Shown: positions 62,419-64,000 of the stretch, piece after piece
Position numbering within the stretch: position 1 is the first letter of the stretch
Layout: every line of letters begins with the position of its first letter
Assembly (NCBI GenBank): GCA_002796325.1
Contig: PCXA01000010.1
Location: forward strand, 12,181-76,180
Source of the DNA: Deltaproteobacteria bacterium CG11_big_fil_rev_8_21_14_0_20_47_16
GTDB taxonomy: Bacteria; UBA10199; GCA-002796325; 1-14-0-20-47-16
Direction: 5' to 3'
DNA length: 64,000 bases
The notes under the pieces: model-generated
Database searches by the model: none
The model's input: only the letters and a program-made list of their open reading frames with translations
Told to the model about the DNA's origin: nothing
Translations under genes and position numbers: made by a program

Positions 62419-63573
62419 ATGGCAGAGCGCTCAATCAAAACAACGCAGATGACATTCTTGGCACTTGCCACAATACTGCTCATTGCCTGCCAGGGTCAGC
62501 AGGGAGCCAGTAGCAACACGCCAGAAATTTCTGAGTCGCCGTCCACAATAACGGATTGCACTTCTGCTTCTGGCAATTGTGCCACTATCCCAGAAGCACC
62601 ACCCAGTATCGATACCGCCACTCCACCAGATACAAAACCAACCATCACACTTCCAAATCCAGAGACACTTCTGGCCACTGCTGGTAATGCCTACAACTTG
62701 TTGGTATATACGAAGCACGCCACAAGTATTTCTGCTGAATGTTCATCTCCAGATGTCACAATGACACCATTCCAAGGTGCAGAGGGTCTCTACACTTTCT
62801 TTGTCGGCAAGATGCCCGCAAAAGACTTGAATTGTACCATTACAGCAACTGGCCCAGAGGGGACAATCAGCGCTCCGGTGGTTATCAAATCTCAGCCCCC
62901 ATCCGCTCTCGAAAAAATTGGTTTCTTGGATATTCCAGCAACCGTGAAAGTTGTTACACATACAGATTTTGTGAGTGGGCCAATTGAGATCACAGGCATG
63001 TCAGCTGTTGCAGCGGAACCAATCGTCGTTTGCAACATAAACAAAGCGGCTATCAAGAAGGGCGATGCCGGCAAGTACATTTTGTATATCCGAAATGAAC
63101 TTGATCCTCTGCTTGTCGATATCTGCACCATTATCGTTCAGGATTTAAGTGGGCATAGCACCACTTATGACATTGTTATGGGTAGTATCTATCCATTACC
63201 ATTTATTCGACCAATCAACTTTAAACTAGATGCGCCACTGATACTCAGCAAAGATGGCACATTCAATGGATTACACGCATATGTTGATGCAAAACTTACA
63301 GACCTACCCCAATACGTCATAAGAACAACCGACGGCAATTACTTTAAAGACTTTAATGTGTTCCATGTGACCTGCACGGGTAATGGGTTTGACGAAATCA
63401 ATTCCCAACCACTACTACTGAATGGGGTAACACCCACATATCAAATGAATATTCATTATACAGCAGCCGGTAGTGGGGAAGAGCAGTGCACGCTTGCAAT
63501 TGGACTCACCGATCCGGAAAATTATGCACGGCCATTGATTAAACTAGAGTTCAAATTAAAATGGGCCCAGTAG
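62419..63573 (+). CDS. hypothetical lipoprotein
   Basis: The ATG at 62419 (a GGGGAG SD-like sequence 10 nt upstream) gives ...MTFLALATILLIAC (lipobox LIAC). A Ser/Thr/Pro linker and beta-rich sequence follow. I recognise no domain. Confidence 0.65.
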   Translation: MAERSIKTTQMTFLALATILLIACQGQQGASSNTPEISESPSTITDCTSASGNCATIPEAPPSIDTATPPDTKPTITLPNPETLLATAGNAYNLLVYTKHATSISAECSSPDVTMTPFQGAEGLYTFFVGKMPAKDLNCTITATGPEGTISAPVVIKSQPPSALEKIGFLDIPATVKVVTHTDFVSGPIEITGMSAVAAEPIVVCNINKAAIKKGDAGKYILYIRNELDPLLVDICTIIVQDLSGHSTTYDIVMGSIYPLPFIRPINFKLDAPLILSKDGTFNGLHAYVDAKLTDLPQYVIRTTDGNYFKDFNVFHVTCTGNGFDEINSQPLLLNGVTPTYQMNIHYTAAGSGEEQCTLAIGLTDPENYARPLIKLEFKLKWAQ

Positions 63574-63587
63574 GAGAGAGACTATTT

Positions 63588-64000
63588 ATGAAAAAATCGC
63601 ACATTATCATCCTTGGCAGCTTGGCGTTACTGCTCATGCAGACCGCATTATGGGCGGCTGACCCTGCATTAACAGATCCGCTGCAAATGCAACTGGATGG
63701 AGACATGCTTGATCAAACCAAACGCGTGGACTTTCTGAATCATCCCTTGGTGGGTAATACCAACTTCACCCCGACTGGCAACGAAGTCAATCTTCCTGGC
63801 GATCAAATTATTTCAGTGCAGGACCTTGTCCCCTATATTGGTGCCAACCAAACTCCAACAACATGTGAAGAATATGCAAAGTATACAACAGCTATGACTA
63901 CACCCCTATTCACACTAATCACAGATTTACTCGTCCCCAAGGTCATGGGTATACCTGTTGGCGAAAATTTTGAAGCACCCGACCTTAACAAATTTTATCA
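63588..64000 (+). CDS. hypothetical secreted protein, 3'-truncated by window edge
   Basis: A GGAGAGAG SD precedes the ATG at 63588. The signal peptide is MKKSHIIILGSLALLLMQTALWAA, and the frame stays open to the end of the window. It is absent from the ORF track because no stop codon lies inside the window. Confidence 0.6.
   Translation, partial: MKKSHIIILGSLALLLMQTALWAADPALTDPLQMQLDGDMLDQTKRVDFLNHPLVGNTNFTPTGNEVNLPGDQIISVQDLVPYIGANQTPTTCEEYAKYTTAMTTPLFTLITDLLVPKVMGIPVGENFEAPDLNKFY

Noticed and set aside
1-64000. CRISPR arrays, IS elements or transposases, prophage genes, toxin-antitoxin pairs, reverse transcriptases or known defence-system signatures
   Set aside because: Scanning the ORF translations and intergenic regions showed no direct-repeat/spacer arrays. 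I also found no DDE, tyrosine- or serine-recombinase, RT or nuclease hallmark motifs. The accessory content here is envelope and surface related rather than mobile or defence related.

Overview
This is a densely coding bacterial chromosomal window with about 60 protein genes and 2 tRNAs. I recognise no rRNA, CRISPR array, transposase, integrase or phage genes. Most of it is conserved housekeeping in Proteobacteria-type synteny, closest by gene order to delta/Bdellovibrio/Myxococcus-like lineages (inference only). The blocks are rplT-pheST-ihfA-merR, tRNA-Pro, surE-pcm-nlpD-apt, tRNA-Arg, dprA-topA, rpsB-tsf-pyrH-frr-uppS-cdsA-dxr-rseP-tsaB-trmL, pyrR-pyrB-pyrC-carAB, prmA-rsmE-gdpD, ftsH-folP-glmM-pdxJ-acpS-nnr-tsaE, lpdA, lysC and comEA. 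Three accessory segments interrupt these blocks. (i) At 10.7-18.3 kb, a 1549-aa orphan protein with no signal peptide and an internal 279-nt tandem duplication is divergently paired with a 935-aa secreted beta-helix/thrombospondin-type-3 (TSP3) repeat protein. (ii) At 33.4-45.0 kb lie a 7-bladed RCC1-like lipoprotein, a 487-nt gap, a 575-aa protein with an autotransporter-like C-terminal barrel but no signal peptide, and a 1546-aa beta-helix/TSP3 protein 22 nt downstream of it. A strong terminator, a signal-less SLT lytic transglycosylase and a double-RDD membrane protein with a very long Pro-rich tail follow. (iii) From 62.4 kb to the end are orphan exported proteins and lipoproteins. Both TSP3 giants end in the same tripartite tail (Gly-x-Cys, about 17-aa spacer, TM helix, basic cluster). 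This resembles MYXO-CTERM-type sorting signals but is not identical to any I know. My best candidate for an undescribed system is the barrel-protein / giant Ca-binding surface protein / lytic transglycosylase module, together with its paralogous pairing at 10.7-18.3 kb. A second notable locus (47.4-51.4 kb) encodes a ROK kinase, a GT2-YdjC fusion and a convergent ArnT-like GT-C enzyme. This looks like a compacted FlmF2/NaxD/FlmK (LgmABC)-type aminosugar lipid-carrier pathway. All calls come from reading the sequence and ORF translations by eye; no searches were run.
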